64,000 nt of DNA, taken from an uncultured Candidatus Binatia bacterium (GTDB lineage Bacteria; Desulfobacterota; Binatia; UBA9968; JAJDTQ01). Each line of letters opens with the position of its first letter. The first letter of the stretch is position 1. This document shows positions 17,678 to 26,991 of the stretch, piece by piece. A program made the position numbers and the translations under genes. The notes below the pieces were generated by a model, which worked only from the letters and a program-made list of their open reading frames with translations, made no database searches and was not told the DNA's origin. The stretch lies in the NCBI GenBank assembly GCA_965215605.1, contig OZ244070.1, positions 64,001 to 128,000 on the forward strand, written 5' to 3'.

Positions 17678-18947
17678 CAGCCACATCTACGAGCCCCCGG
17701 AGGTATGGGACAAGTACATTCCCGAGCGTCATCGCTCGCTGGCGAAGTCGCATTTCTACCGTGATGCGGACCGCCTCGTGCTTGTGCGGAACTCGCGCAT
17801 CAGCTTCCGCAGCCCCAACGAGTGGAAGTATCCGGCGGAAACCTGGCATCCCGGGCTGACCAAAGAGGAAATCGGCAGCGTTCAGCCCGGCACCCCGGAG
17901 TGGGACGCGACCGTCGGGCGCAACGCCAGCGCCCGGGACCCCCACGTCCGGCTCAAGGACATGGATGCCTCCGGCATCGACCAGGTGATGATCTTCCCCT
18001 CCACCTTCGTCTACCTGCCGCTGGTGGAAAACGCCGAGGCCGCCCACCTGTGCGCCCGGGCCTACAACGACTGGGTCTACGACTACTGCGGCGCGGACCG
18101 GAAGCGGATGTATCCCGCCGCGGTGCTGCCCTTGCAGGACGTGGACCGTGCCATCGACGAGCTGAGACGGGTCGCCAAGCGCGGCTTCAAGTCGGCGCTG
18201 GTGCGGCCCATCATCGCCCTCAACCGCTACCCCACCTTTCCGGAGTTCGACCCCTTGTGGAAGGAGTTCGAGGAGCTCGGCATGGTGCTGGGCATGCACA
18301 CCTTCCCGTCCCGGGGCGAGGCCATGTCGCCGGGTCTGGCGGAGCGCATGGGCGCCGACCGCAAGCGCCTGTTCGGCGACGAGGACATCCTGGTCTACTC
18401 GCCCGGCCAGTTCGTCGCCAACATCATGCAGGCCATGGGGTCCAAGCAGGCCGGCGACGCCGCCTACGGGTTCATCGCCGAGGCCATGACCTGGACCGGC
18501 GTGGTGCTGATGACCGGCTGGCTCGAGAAGTTCCCGCGCCTCAAGGTGGCGATTCTGGAGTCCAACTCGAGCTGGCTGCCGCTGGTGCTGGAGAAGGCCG
18601 AAGGCTACCTGGAGCTCTACCGGCATACCAACGAGAACATCGGCGATCCCAAGGAGGTTTTCTACAAGAGCTGCTTCATCGCCTTCGAGGGCGACGAAGA
18701 GATCACCTTCCGGCTCTGGGACCTGTACGAGGACATCGGCCTGTGGTCGTCCGACATGCCCCACCTCGACGCCGCCGACGTGTGGGAAGCCATGGACGCC
18801 ATGACCAAGCACAACGTCCCGAAGCACGTCCAGGAGAAGATGCTGGGCGGCAATGCCCGCCGCCTCTACGGCATCGAGCCGGAGTTGGTGGTGACGCAGG
18901 CGCCGGACGAGTACACGCCGGTGACGATGTCGCGGTTCGCGTCGTAA
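17625..18947 (+). CDS. Amidohydrolase_2 family protein
   Basis: FDCDSH..EP, RAYNDW, FPRLKVAILES, WSSDMPH; AGGAGG SD. Confidence 0.88.
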   Translation: MAYSAKGRTKDFPVFDCDSHIYEPPEVWDKYIPERHRSLAKSHFYRDADRLVLVRNSRISFRSPNEWKYPAETWHPGLTKEEIGSVQPGTPEWDATVGRNASARDPHVRLKDMDASGIDQVMIFPSTFVYLPLVENAEAAHLCARAYNDWVYDYCGADRKRMYPAAVLPLQDVDRAIDELRRVAKRGFKSALVRPIIALNRYPTFPEFDPLWKEFEELGMVLGMHTFPSRGEAMSPGLAERMGADRKRLFGDEDILVYSPGQFVANIMQAMGSKQAGDAAYGFIAEAMTWTGVVLMTGWLEKFPRLKVAILESNSSWLPLVLEKAEGYLELYRHTNENIGDPKEVFYKSCFIAFEGDEEITFRLWDLYEDIGLWSSDMPHLDAADVWEAMDAMTKHNVPKHVQEKMLGGNARRLYGIEPELVVTQAPDEYTPVTMSRFAS

Positions 18948-19099
18948 AGGATTACCTCTCAACAGTAGTGCACGAGACACCGTATCGCGTCGTCGCTCCC
19001 CGCTGGCGGCAACGCGACGCGCGATGGTGGGCTGTCGCTGCTTACCGTCAACACCGTACCTTCGCCTTGACTTGGCTTTGCCTGCGACGGCGTCGCCGC

Positions 19100-20263
19100 T
19101 CACGCAACCACGTCACCGGACTCTCCGCCGAACACTTCGTGCAACATGGCCGGGACGAGAGCGTCCAGATCCTTGGCCGTCTCAGCGTGAGCTTCACGTA
19201 CTGCTCGCACCTTTGCCTGTAAACGGTTGAACCAGCACTGCTTCTCGATCGACGGAAGGGGGACTTCTATCGCAGCGAGTTTTTTCAAGCCGAGCGTCCG
19301 ATTACGGCCAGCCCCGCCAGGCGACGCCTCACCAAGGTTCCGCAGCCCTTCATGAGTGAGGAAGTAATAGAACAAGAAATCGACAGTCGCGACTACCGGA
19401 TCAGGTACACAGGTCAGGAACCGATGGGAACCGACCCGGCCGTCGTCTTCATCTTTGGCGATTGCAACTGCGCCTTCCCAAGCGAAGACGATATTGAACA
19501 CAAGGTCGCGGGTGGCGATGCCGTAGAGCCTTTTTCCACCGACGGCTGTGCCCTCCAGTGCCGGTTTGTGGAAAGTACCTTTGCCAAACGACCGGACCCC
19601 AAGTTCGGGATAGTTCTTGTCCGGCTGAACCTCGACCGGCCTCCGCACGAGTGGTGCGACTTCCTCCATTGGCAAAGAATCCGCACCGGATACCACCTTC
19701 TCGAACGCCTTTCCAAGAAGCGAGTCCATGTCCCGGTCAGCCACTGCAAGCTCCCGTTTTCGCTCCTCTACCAGTGCCGCCACGCGGTCAAGGCGCGAGA
19801 CAGTGCACCGTTGTTCGTTGAGGGGTGGAACGTATAAACCGGTCGCCAATAACCTCTCTTCTTTCAACCGAATACGATTCGTCGACCCCTCGCTCGCGCG
19901 TCTACACAGGTCTACGAACCCGTTCGTCTTCGAGTACCACTCCAAGTACAGCGGATAGACTTGAGAACTGTCGATATCAAATGCTGGAAAGTCACCGCTC
20001 ACAAGCGCCCCGTCAAGCTCCGCAGGTACAATCCCAAAGGCTCCGTGTCGCGCGTCGATCCGTGAGAGTAAGAATTGGCCTTCCCTGACCTGAACTTGCC
20101 GTTTGGCCGCAATCTTGGATCCGGCCACCCGACCTCGAAGTTTGAGACCCTTACCCCAGAGACGTGCCGTAACCTGCATGTAGACTTGGGTTGGTTCGGG
20201 CTCCACCCAGTTGTCCGATCGGGTCAGGAACGACCCGATCGGGAGCATTCGTCGTCCCATCAC
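19100..20263 (-). CDS. hsdS: Type I restriction-modification specificity subunit
   Basis: Two TRD-plus-helix repeats (VPPLNEQ...; LPSIEKQ...); coupled to the hsdM stop. Confidence 0.85.
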   Translation of the reverse strand: MMGRRMLPIGSFLTRSDNWVEPEPTQVYMQVTARLWGKGLKLRGRVAGSKIAAKRQVQVREGQFLLSRIDARHGAFGIVPAELDGALVSGDFPAFDIDSSQVYPLYLEWYSKTNGFVDLCRRASEGSTNRIRLKEERLLATGLYVPPLNEQRCTVSRLDRVAALVEERKRELAVADRDMDSLLGKAFEKVVSGADSLPMEEVAPLVRRPVEVQPDKNYPELGVRSFGKGTFHKPALEGTAVGGKRLYGIATRDLVFNIVFAWEGAVAIAKDEDDGRVGSHRFLTCVPDPVVATVDFLFYYFLTHEGLRNLGEASPGGAGRNRTLGLKKLAAIEVPLPSIEKQCWFNRLQAKVRAVREAHAETAKDLDALVPAMLHEVFGGESGDVVA

Positions 20264-21825
20264 ACTGGCTCCGCCAAAGCCGCCCTAATCTCATCCATGA
20301 TCTCCAGCACGCGGCGTTCCTTTCCGATGATGTCCTCGACGATCTCCGCGGGCGTGCGGTGCTCCTCGACCACATCCAAGTGGGGATTCTTCACATCAAG
20401 ATTACAGCCCGTCACCCGCCCGTCCTCGTCACGCACGATCAACCCCGCCGCATCGACCTGCCATGCGTGCTCGTTCGCCTCCCGCTCCTTCCACCATGCG
20501 AGACAGGGCGCAAACTCGTCGAAGGAAAGCGGTGCGGTCTTTGAATATTTCTTGCGGCCCTCGGGCCTCGGCTGTTCGTAGAACCAGATCGAGCGCGTAG
20601 GCCCAGAGGTGTCGAAAAAGATCAGGTTCGTTGGAATATCGGCGTAGGGCGCGAACACCCCTTCCGGCAGGCGCACGATGGTATGCAGATTGAAGTTTTC
20701 CAGGAGATCGGCCTTGATCCGCGCGCTGATTCCGTCACCGAACAGTATTCCGTTGGGAACGACTACGGCGGCGCGCCCTTCGCCCCCGCGCTTGAGTCTC
20801 CGCATGATGACCTGAAGGAACAGCAGTGCTGTCTCGGCAGTCCGCTGATCGTCAGGGAAGTTGTTGAGGATACCCGCCTCCTCCTCTCCGCCAAAAGGGG
20901 GGTTTGTCAGGATCAGATTGACGCGCTGATCGCCGCCGACCTCGGCCAAGCGGTAGCGAAGGGAATTGCCGGGATCGATACGGGGAGCACGAAGGCCGTG
21001 CAGCAGCAAGTTCATCTGCGCCAGCAAGAAGGGCAACGTCTTGGCCTCACCGCCGAAGATACTGTGTTCCTGAACCGTGGCTCCGTCGGCCTCGGTCTTC
21101 GCCTGGGCCATTAGATGTTCGAAGGATTCGGTAAGGAAACCGCCGGTCCCGCACGCCGGGTCGAGCACCGTTTCCCCCAGTCGCGGGTCCGTCACCTCTA
21201 CCATAAAGCGGACCACAGGCCGTGGCGTATAGAACTCGCCGCTGTCGCCCGCTGCATCACGCATCTCCCGAAGCAGCGTTTCGTAGAGCCTCCCGAGCGT
21301 GTGCACTTCCTCCGAGACTTGGAAGTGGATTCCGTCAATCAAGTTCACTACGTCACGCAGCAGGTATCCGCTTTCCATACGGTTTGAGAAACCCTGGAAT
21401 ACGGTCGCGATGACGTCGCGCCGTTCTCGCTGGCCGTCGTCGCCCCGTAGACCCCGGAGGTAGTTGAAAAGGCCGGGGCCCCTGGAGCTGTCCAGCCGTT
21501 CCGCCTCCTCGCTCACAAGAAAGGTGAGTAGGTCAGGACCGGTGATGCCATCTGCTGCCGCCGCCCAGTCACGCCAGCGATAGGGAGGCTCGATGACGGG
21601 CCTGTAGTCCGTCCCGGAAAGTGCGGCGTTCGTCTCCTCGACGTGCTCCATGTCATCAAGAAACTTGAGAAACATGATCCACGTCAGCATTGGCAGGCGG
21701 TCAAGGTCCCCGTTCAGGCCCTTGTCCTTGCGCATGATCCGGCGCGCAGACTTGACGATGCTGTCGAGCCGCTGCGCCGTCGTCTGTTTCTGCGACCCGG
21801 CCTTCCTACCCCCCCTCTTCGCCAC
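20260..21825 (-). CDS. hsdM: Type I RM N6-adenine methyltransferase
   Basis: GEFYTPR, DPACGTGGFL, LTNPPF, LHTIVRLP motifs. Confidence 0.95.
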   Translation of the reverse strand: MAKRGGRKAGSQKQTTAQRLDSIVKSARRIMRKDKGLNGDLDRLPMLTWIMFLKFLDDMEHVEETNAALSGTDYRPVIEPPYRWRDWAAAADGITGPDLLTFLVSEEAERLDSSRGPGLFNYLRGLRGDDGQRERRDVIATVFQGFSNRMESGYLLRDVVNLIDGIHFQVSEEVHTLGRLYETLLREMRDAAGDSGEFYTPRPVVRFMVEVTDPRLGETVLDPACGTGGFLTESFEHLMAQAKTEADGATVQEHSIFGGEAKTLPFLLAQMNLLLHGLRAPRIDPGNSLRYRLAEVGGDQRVNLILTNPPFGGEEEAGILNNFPDDQRTAETALLFLQVIMRRLKRGGEGRAAVVVPNGILFGDGISARIKADLLENFNLHTIVRLPEGVFAPYADIPTNLIFFDTSGPTRSIWFYEQPRPEGRKKYSKTAPLSFDEFAPCLAWWKEREANEHAWQVDAAGLIVRDEDGRVTGCNLDVKNPHLDVVEEHRTPAEIVEDIIGKERRVLEIMDEIRAALAEPV

Positions 21826-21842
21826 CCTACGTCTCCTTCCAC

Positions 21843-24230
21843 CTATGCGGCGTAAAGCCGTTTCTGCATCTCCGCGACGGCCTCTCTTACCTGCTCAGCG
21901 CCACCGAACCTGTCCGAAATTTCGATAACGTTCCCCCAACCCGAAATCGGCGGGATCTGAAGGATGTCCGGCAACTTGAACAGTACACTGCCGTGCTCTG
22001 CATACTTGTCCAGCATCGCATCGAGAACCTCCCGCGCCGCCGGACCGTATCGCTCGAAGAACGTCGTTTCCTCCTGCTTCATGCGACTGGCGCGTTCACG
22101 TCGGGTTCGGAGTGACGCATTGAAGGCCAAGTGACACAGTAGGTCGAACGGGTCCGCCTCCGGCTTGTCAACCGCCTCGGCAAGAGTCTCGATGTCGATG
22201 CCCTTTTCCAAAAGCCGGTCGGCAATCTCCGCCCGGCGCCCGGGATCCAGCCGGTCCCTACGAAGATCGGACGCGTTCGGATACAGAGTGCGGAGCTTTT
22301 CTGCCGTGTAGTCGGTAAGCTGGCGGCAGGCGAGCTTCTTCCCCTCCGAGTCCAACTCGTAGACCAAGTGCTTCACGATCTCGACCTGGCCCCCGTCGAC
22401 GTAGTACTTCCGACGAACGCCGTTTCCTTCGCCGCCGTCGATCCCGTCCGGTGGCAGTATTCCGCCAGGATCGGGAGCTAGGTCAAGGGGATCAGGCTCC
22501 GGCCCGCAGGTGATCGATGTATCGATGACGCCCCCTGTCTCGTCAATGACGTCTTCCTGCTCATGTGTAGGAACGCCGTCGAAGTCGGGATCAGCGAACT
22601 TCTCGGTCGCCGTGCCGGTATAGTCTATGATACTGAACGCGAGCTTGCCGTAGTCGGTGCGCAGTCGCGTGCCGCGTCCAATGATCTGCTTGAATTCCGG
22701 CATTGAGCCCACGACCCGAGCTAACACCACGTTCTTGCACGTCGGAGCATCGACGCCCGTAGTCAGCAGTTGCGAGGTGGTCAGAATCACGGGAGATCGC
22801 GTCTCCACATCCTGAAACTTTGCCCGGTGAGCGCTACCGATATCGCCCTCGTCCGCCGTCACTCGACACACATAGTCAGGATATTGCTTGATCAGATCCA
22901 CATTGAGCTCGGCGAGCGCGCCACGCATCTCCAGCGCATGTTCCTGATCTACACAGAAGACGATTGTCTTTGCAAAGCGGTCGGTCTCGCGCATGAACCC
23001 GGCGAGGTGTCGGGCGATGGCCTTCGTCCTCGCCTTGATCGCGACCAAGCGCTCGAAGTCTGGGGTGTGGTATTCGCCGTCCGGGATCTCGCGTCCATAC
23101 CGGTCAAGTTCCCCCTTGCTCGGACGCCATCCGGTGGCATCGTAGTCTGTGATTACACGATGCACACGGAAGGGAGCAAGGAAACCGTCCTCGATTCCTT
23201 GGGCGAGACTGTACTGGTAAATCGGGGCGCCGAAGTAAGCGTAGGTGTCTACCTTGTCTTCGCGACGCGGCGTGGCTGTCATGCCGATCTGGGTCGCGGG
23301 CTCGAACCACTCCAGAATCTCGCGCCAGTTGCTATCGTCGCGTGCACTGCCCCTGTGACACTCATCGACGACGACCAGATCAAAGAAATCCCGGGAGTAC
23401 TCCCGATACAAGCCCGGCCGGCTCTCGTCGCGGGCGATGCTCTGATAGGTCGCAAAGTACATGTCGCGGCTCTTGGAAGCGTCACCGCCGACGATCTTGT
23501 GGCGGGCGTCTCGGAACGCGCTGAAGTCCTTCGCCATCGGGTCGTCTACAAGGACGTTGCGGTCTGCCAGGAAGAGCATCTTGGGCCTGCTCGCGGCACT
23601 CTTGATGTTCCAGCGGGCGGACCAGAGTTTCCAGGCAATCTGGAACGCGACAGCCGTTTTCCCCGACCCGGTGCAGAGCGTCAACAAGATGCGTTTATGC
23701 CCGGAGACAACAGCCTGGACCGCACGGTTGACGGCGGTTTCCTGGTAGTACCGCAACGGCCTGCTGTTATCGGGATGGGTTGGCGTCAGGAGTTGCTCGA
23801 CTGTCGTTTCCACCGTCAGCCCTTCCGCCAGACACTGTCGCTGCCAGAGTTCCTCGGGCGACGGGAAGGTGCTTACGGGCCGCTCCATGCCGGTGGTGTA
23901 GTCGATCTCAATGATTTCCACACCGTTGGTGGCGTACGCGAACTTGAGCCCGAGTATCTCAGCGTATTCCCGCGCTTGCTGAAGCCCCTCGGCGGCATTC
24001 TTGTAGCGCGCCTTGGCTTCCACGACCGCGATGGGGAAGTCGGGCCGGTATCGCAGGATGTAGTCTGCGCGCTTCTGTTTGCCACGGCGCGCCGTGCCGC
24101 CCACGAATACAATGCGCCCGTCCGTGAACGTCCGCTGTTCGTTGATCGCGTGAGGCGGATCGTCCCAGCCTGCTCCCTGGAGCTTGGGGACGACGAATTT
24201 GCGGCAGGTGTCAGCCTCGGTTTCAGTCAT
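21843..24230 (-). CDS. hsdR: Type I RM restriction subunit (EcoEI-type)
   Basis: TEADTC N-terminus, ADY..VVEAK nuclease, RYYQ, TGSGKT, DECHRG, TATP, QIIGRGTR; EcoEI_R_C-like tail. Confidence 0.95.
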   Translation of the reverse strand: MTETEADTCRKFVVPKLQGAGWDDPPHAINEQRTFTDGRIVFVGGTARRGKQKRADYILRYRPDFPIAVVEAKARYKNAAEGLQQAREYAEILGLKFAYATNGVEIIEIDYTTGMERPVSTFPSPEELWQRQCLAEGLTVETTVEQLLTPTHPDNSRPLRYYQETAVNRAVQAVVSGHKRILLTLCTGSGKTAVAFQIAWKLWSARWNIKSAASRPKMLFLADRNVLVDDPMAKDFSAFRDARHKIVGGDASKSRDMYFATYQSIARDESRPGLYREYSRDFFDLVVVDECHRGSARDDSNWREILEWFEPATQIGMTATPRREDKVDTYAYFGAPIYQYSLAQGIEDGFLAPFRVHRVITDYDATGWRPSKGELDRYGREIPDGEYHTPDFERLVAIKARTKAIARHLAGFMRETDRFAKTIVFCVDQEHALEMRGALAELNVDLIKQYPDYVCRVTADEGDIGSAHRAKFQDVETRSPVILTTSQLLTTGVDAPTCKNVVLARVVGSMPEFKQIIGRGTRLRTDYGKLAFSIIDYTGTATEKFADPDFDGVPTHEQEDVIDETGGVIDTSITCGPEPDPLDLAPDPGGILPPDGIDGGEGNGVRRKYYVDGGQVEIVKHLVYELDSEGKKLACRQLTDYTAEKLRTLYPNASDLRRDRLDPGRRAEIADRLLEKGIDIETLAEAVDKPEADPFDLLCHLAFNASLRTRRERASRMKQEETTFFERYGPAAREVLDAMLDKYAEHGSVLFKLPDILQIPPISGWGNVIEISDRFGGAEQVREAVAEMQKRLYAA

Positions 24231-24601
24231 TGGAGTTCCTTGACAGTCAACCTCCCTCGGTCACGTGAACGTCAACCGAGTAACCGACGATGAAGCTTGG
24301 CGAATTGCGCGACCACAACCTTGGGTATTCGGCTGCGCGCCAGTCTTGAGAAACGTGCTGATGTAACCAATGACAAACTCACTGTCAAAAATCCAACGCT
24401 TGCAACCCGCAACGGTCCGACGTAGGACTTCGCATCCGGGACCAAGACAATCCCACTCTGACCGAGCATCCGCGCCGAGGGCCGGATGGAGATCGTTCTT
24501 GTCCTTGCGAAGCCTCGTTCCGTCGGAAGCGCACCGTCCGAACCTCCGACTTCGGTGCGAAGCGGAAGCGTGAGATAGTCCTGATTCGGGACTTTATGTT
24601 C

Positions 24602-24639
24602 TTGACAGTTAAACCAGGAGTGTGTATTTTGATACACAC
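24602..24639 (+). promoter_or_regulatory. hicAB sigma70 promoter with inverted-repeat operator
   Basis: TTGACA-N17-TATTTT; perfect inverted repeat GTGTGTAT-tttg-ATACACAC (24620-24639) over the -10. Confidence 0.75.
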
Positions 24640-24649
24640 AAGGGGTCAT

Positions 24650-24838
24650 GTGGAGCGCAACAGCCGCAAGCTAATCAGACTTCTGGAACAAGACGGCTGG
24701 GTGTGCGTCGCTGTCAAAGGCGACCACTGGCAGTTCAAACATCCTCTCAAGAAGGGGCGTGTGACCGTGCCACACCCGAGGCGGGACATCAAACCTGGCA
24801 CGATCATTTCGATCTACAGGCAAGCGGGCTGGAGGTAA
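24650..24838 (+). CDS. hicA: HicA mRNA interferase toxin
   Basis: NSRKLIRLLEQDGW, KGDHWQFKHP, VTVPHP..DI..GT..SIYRQAGW; GTG start. Confidence 0.92.
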   Translation: MERNSRKLIRLLEQDGWVCVAVKGDHWQFKHPLKKGRVTVPHPRRDIKPGTIISIYRQAGWR

Positions 24839-24846
24839 CAAAGGGA

Positions 24847-25269
24847 ATGGCCATGCTCTACATCGCCTTCGTCCACCGAGATGATGAACCGGGTTTCGGT
24901 ATTAGCTTTCCCGACTTTCCGGGATGCGTGTCCGACGGCGACAACATTGATGAGACCATTCGGCGTGGCGCTACTGCGCTCGCCTTTCATATCGAGGGCA
25001 TGATCCAAGACGGGGAGGCAATCCCGAAGCCGCGTTCGCTTGAGGATATCGAAGCGGATCCGAACCTCGCAGAATGGCGGGAAGGAGCGACCATCTGTTT
25101 CATCCCCGCGGTCATCGACAAAGGGTCGCCACGGCGCGTCAATGTCTCCCTGGATTACGGCCTTTTGCAGGCCATAGATGACGAGGCCAAGCGGCGCGGC
25201 ATGACCCGCTCCGCATTTCTTTCCAGCGCTGCCCGAAACGAGATTCAGGAGCGAAATCTCGGCAGGTAG
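24847..25269 (+). CDS. hicB: HicB antitoxin with RHH C-terminus
   Basis: FGISFPDFPGCVSDGD; RVNVSL....L.AID..A...GMTRSAFL. Confidence 0.92.
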   Translation: MAMLYIAFVHRDDEPGFGISFPDFPGCVSDGDNIDETIRRGATALAFHIEGMIQDGEAIPKPRSLEDIEADPNLAEWREGATICFIPAVIDKGSPRRVNVSLDYGLLQAIDDEAKRRGMTRSAFLSSAARNEIQERNLGR

Positions 25270-25287
25270 ATCAACCGCGACGTCAAA

Positions 25288-26043
25288 CTAACTACCGACC
25301 ACCGGACCCAGGTCCGGCATCTCGGACAGGAGCCGGCCGTAGCCGGGGATGGGCTGGCGGAAGCCCAGGCGTAGCTGGGTTTCCCAGCTCCGGGCAGTGA
25401 GGGGGTATATCACCGGTACGCCTACGCTGTCCTCGATGTCTTCGAGGACGTCCAGGACCTTCCAGGCCGACCCCAGCAGGTACAGGGCCTCGGCGCCCGG
25501 ATGGCGCCGGAACGACTGCTTCAAATGCTCGGCGATTTCCGTGGCCGGGATGTTCGGCACCTCGTGGAACGGCGCGTCCATGCCCTCCATGGCGATGACG
25601 TCAAAGCCGGCTTCCCGCAGGTAGCTGGCGAAGATGTCGTTGAGGTTGTCGGGCAGGTAGGTACCGCCGAGCAGGCGCTTGATCCCGAGGGCGCGGAGCG
25701 CGCGCACGTGGTTCTGGCCCGACGTAAACATGGGCACGCCGTATTTCTCTTCCCAGCCCCGTATGACCCGGCTCTCGCCGTCGAACCCCAGAATCATGAA
25801 GGGCGGCGCGCCGAGCACGCGGATGAGGTTGGGCTTCTCCCCCATGAGCCCCGCGGCCTTGGCCTCGTAGCCGGGGATGGAGCGGGCGAACTCTTCCTCG
25901 GTCCCCTCCTGAAAGTCCATGGTGACGTGGACAAGCCTGATGGCCGGCGGTAACCGGCGGTCGAGCTCGTTGTCGCCCAAGGTCCCGGTGCGGTTGGTGG
26001 GCCATACGGAGCCCACCACGAATTCACGATCCTGTTGGGCCAT
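25288..26043 (-). CDS. Arylmalonate decarboxylase/maleate isomerase (Asp/Glu racemase fold) family, Cys-free
   Basis: RALRALGIKR, YLREAGFDV, IEDSVGVPV, IPGYGRLL family pattern. Confidence 0.8.
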   Translation of the reverse strand: MAQQDREFVVGSVWPTNRTGTLGDNELDRRLPPAIRLVHVTMDFQEGTEEEFARSIPGYEAKAAGLMGEKPNLIRVLGAPPFMILGFDGESRVIRGWEEKYGVPMFTSGQNHVRALRALGIKRLLGGTYLPDNLNDIFASYLREAGFDVIAMEGMDAPFHEVPNIPATEIAEHLKQSFRRHPGAEALYLLGSAWKVLDVLEDIEDSVGVPVIYPLTARSWETQLRLGFRQPIPGYGRLLSEMPDLGPVVGS

Positions 26044-26049
26044 GTCCGA

Positions 26050-26454
26050 TCAGTCCTCGTAGGGCAGGTGGGACTCGTCGGTGGCCGCCCAGCCGGCGCG
26101 GTTGTCCCAGTAGCGGTGAGCCGACGGTCCCTCGCCGGGCTCGTCGTCGAGGCTGCCGGCGGGAACGGTCATGCGCGAGCGGTCCCGGGTGGGACGCGCT
26201 ACCGGGCAGTTGCACTTGCTGCAGACGGCGATGGCGAACGCGCGCGCCTCGGGCATGTCCCACCGGGAAATCACATCCTCGCCTGAGATCCACTTGAACT
26301 GCTCCAGCGGCACCGAGATGTTGCTGGACTTCACCCCGCCCGTGGCCTTGCGGCACCGCATGCAGTAGCAGTGGGCGAAGCGGATGAACGGCGGGCTGAT
26401 TTCAAATCGGACGGCCTTGCACAGACAACTGCCCTTTAGCGTCTTCTCTGCCAT
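26050..26454 (-). CDS. GFA (glutathione-dependent formaldehyde-activating) family protein
   Basis: GSCLCKAVRF, HCYCMRCRK, CSKC; start at ATG 26454. Confidence 0.9.
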   Translation of the reverse strand: MAEKTLKGSCLCKAVRFEISPPFIRFAHCYCMRCRKATGGVKSSNISVPLEQFKWISGEDVISRWDMPEARAFAIAVCSKCNCPVARPTRDRSRMTVPAGSLDDEPGEGPSAHRYWDNRAGWAATDESHLPYED

Positions 26455-26492
26455 GTCTACTCCGGGTGCAAGTGAAGTGGGGGGTTCGCGGA

Positions 26493-26915
26493 CTACTCGC
26501 GCGGCAACTCGTAGCTGATCATCCAAGTGACGCCGAACCGGTCGATCCAACTGCCGAAGTAGGCGCCCCAGAAGGTCTCCTGCATGGGCATGGTGACCGT
26601 GCCTCCCTCCGACAGTCTCGCGAAAACCTCGTCGCAGTACTCCCTGCTCTCGCCGTCGATGGATATCGCGAAGTTCGTCCCCTGAACCGGAGGCGGACCG
26701 AAAGCGGAGGCGCTGTCGCTTCCCATCAGCACGCCCGATCCAACGGCGAGGGCGACGTGCATGATGCGCTCCTTCTCCTCCTCCGTCACGTTCAGATCCG
26801 GCGGCCCGTCGCCGAAGGTCTGTAGCATCTCGTACTCGCCGCCGAACACCGAGCGGTAAAACTCGAAGGCCTCCCGGCAATTGCCGTCAAAGAAGAGATA
26901 GGTATTGAGCGACAT
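26493..26915 (-). CDS. VOC family PhnB-like protein
   Basis: YLFFDGNCREAFEFY, IMH, LMGSD, TFWGAYFG..DRFGV.WMI. Confidence 0.9.
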   Translation of the reverse strand: MSLNTYLFFDGNCREAFEFYRSVFGGEYEMLQTFGDGPPDLNVTEEEKERIMHVALAVGSGVLMGSDSASAFGPPPVQGTNFAISIDGESREYCDEVFARLSEGGTVTMPMQETFWGAYFGSWIDRFGVTWMISYELPRE

Positions 26916-26991
26916 TTCAAGTTCTCCTTGAGATTCAGGCCTTCCGCGCTCGCGGCGGATGTGAGGTTCGCGATTCTGACGTTACACGACA

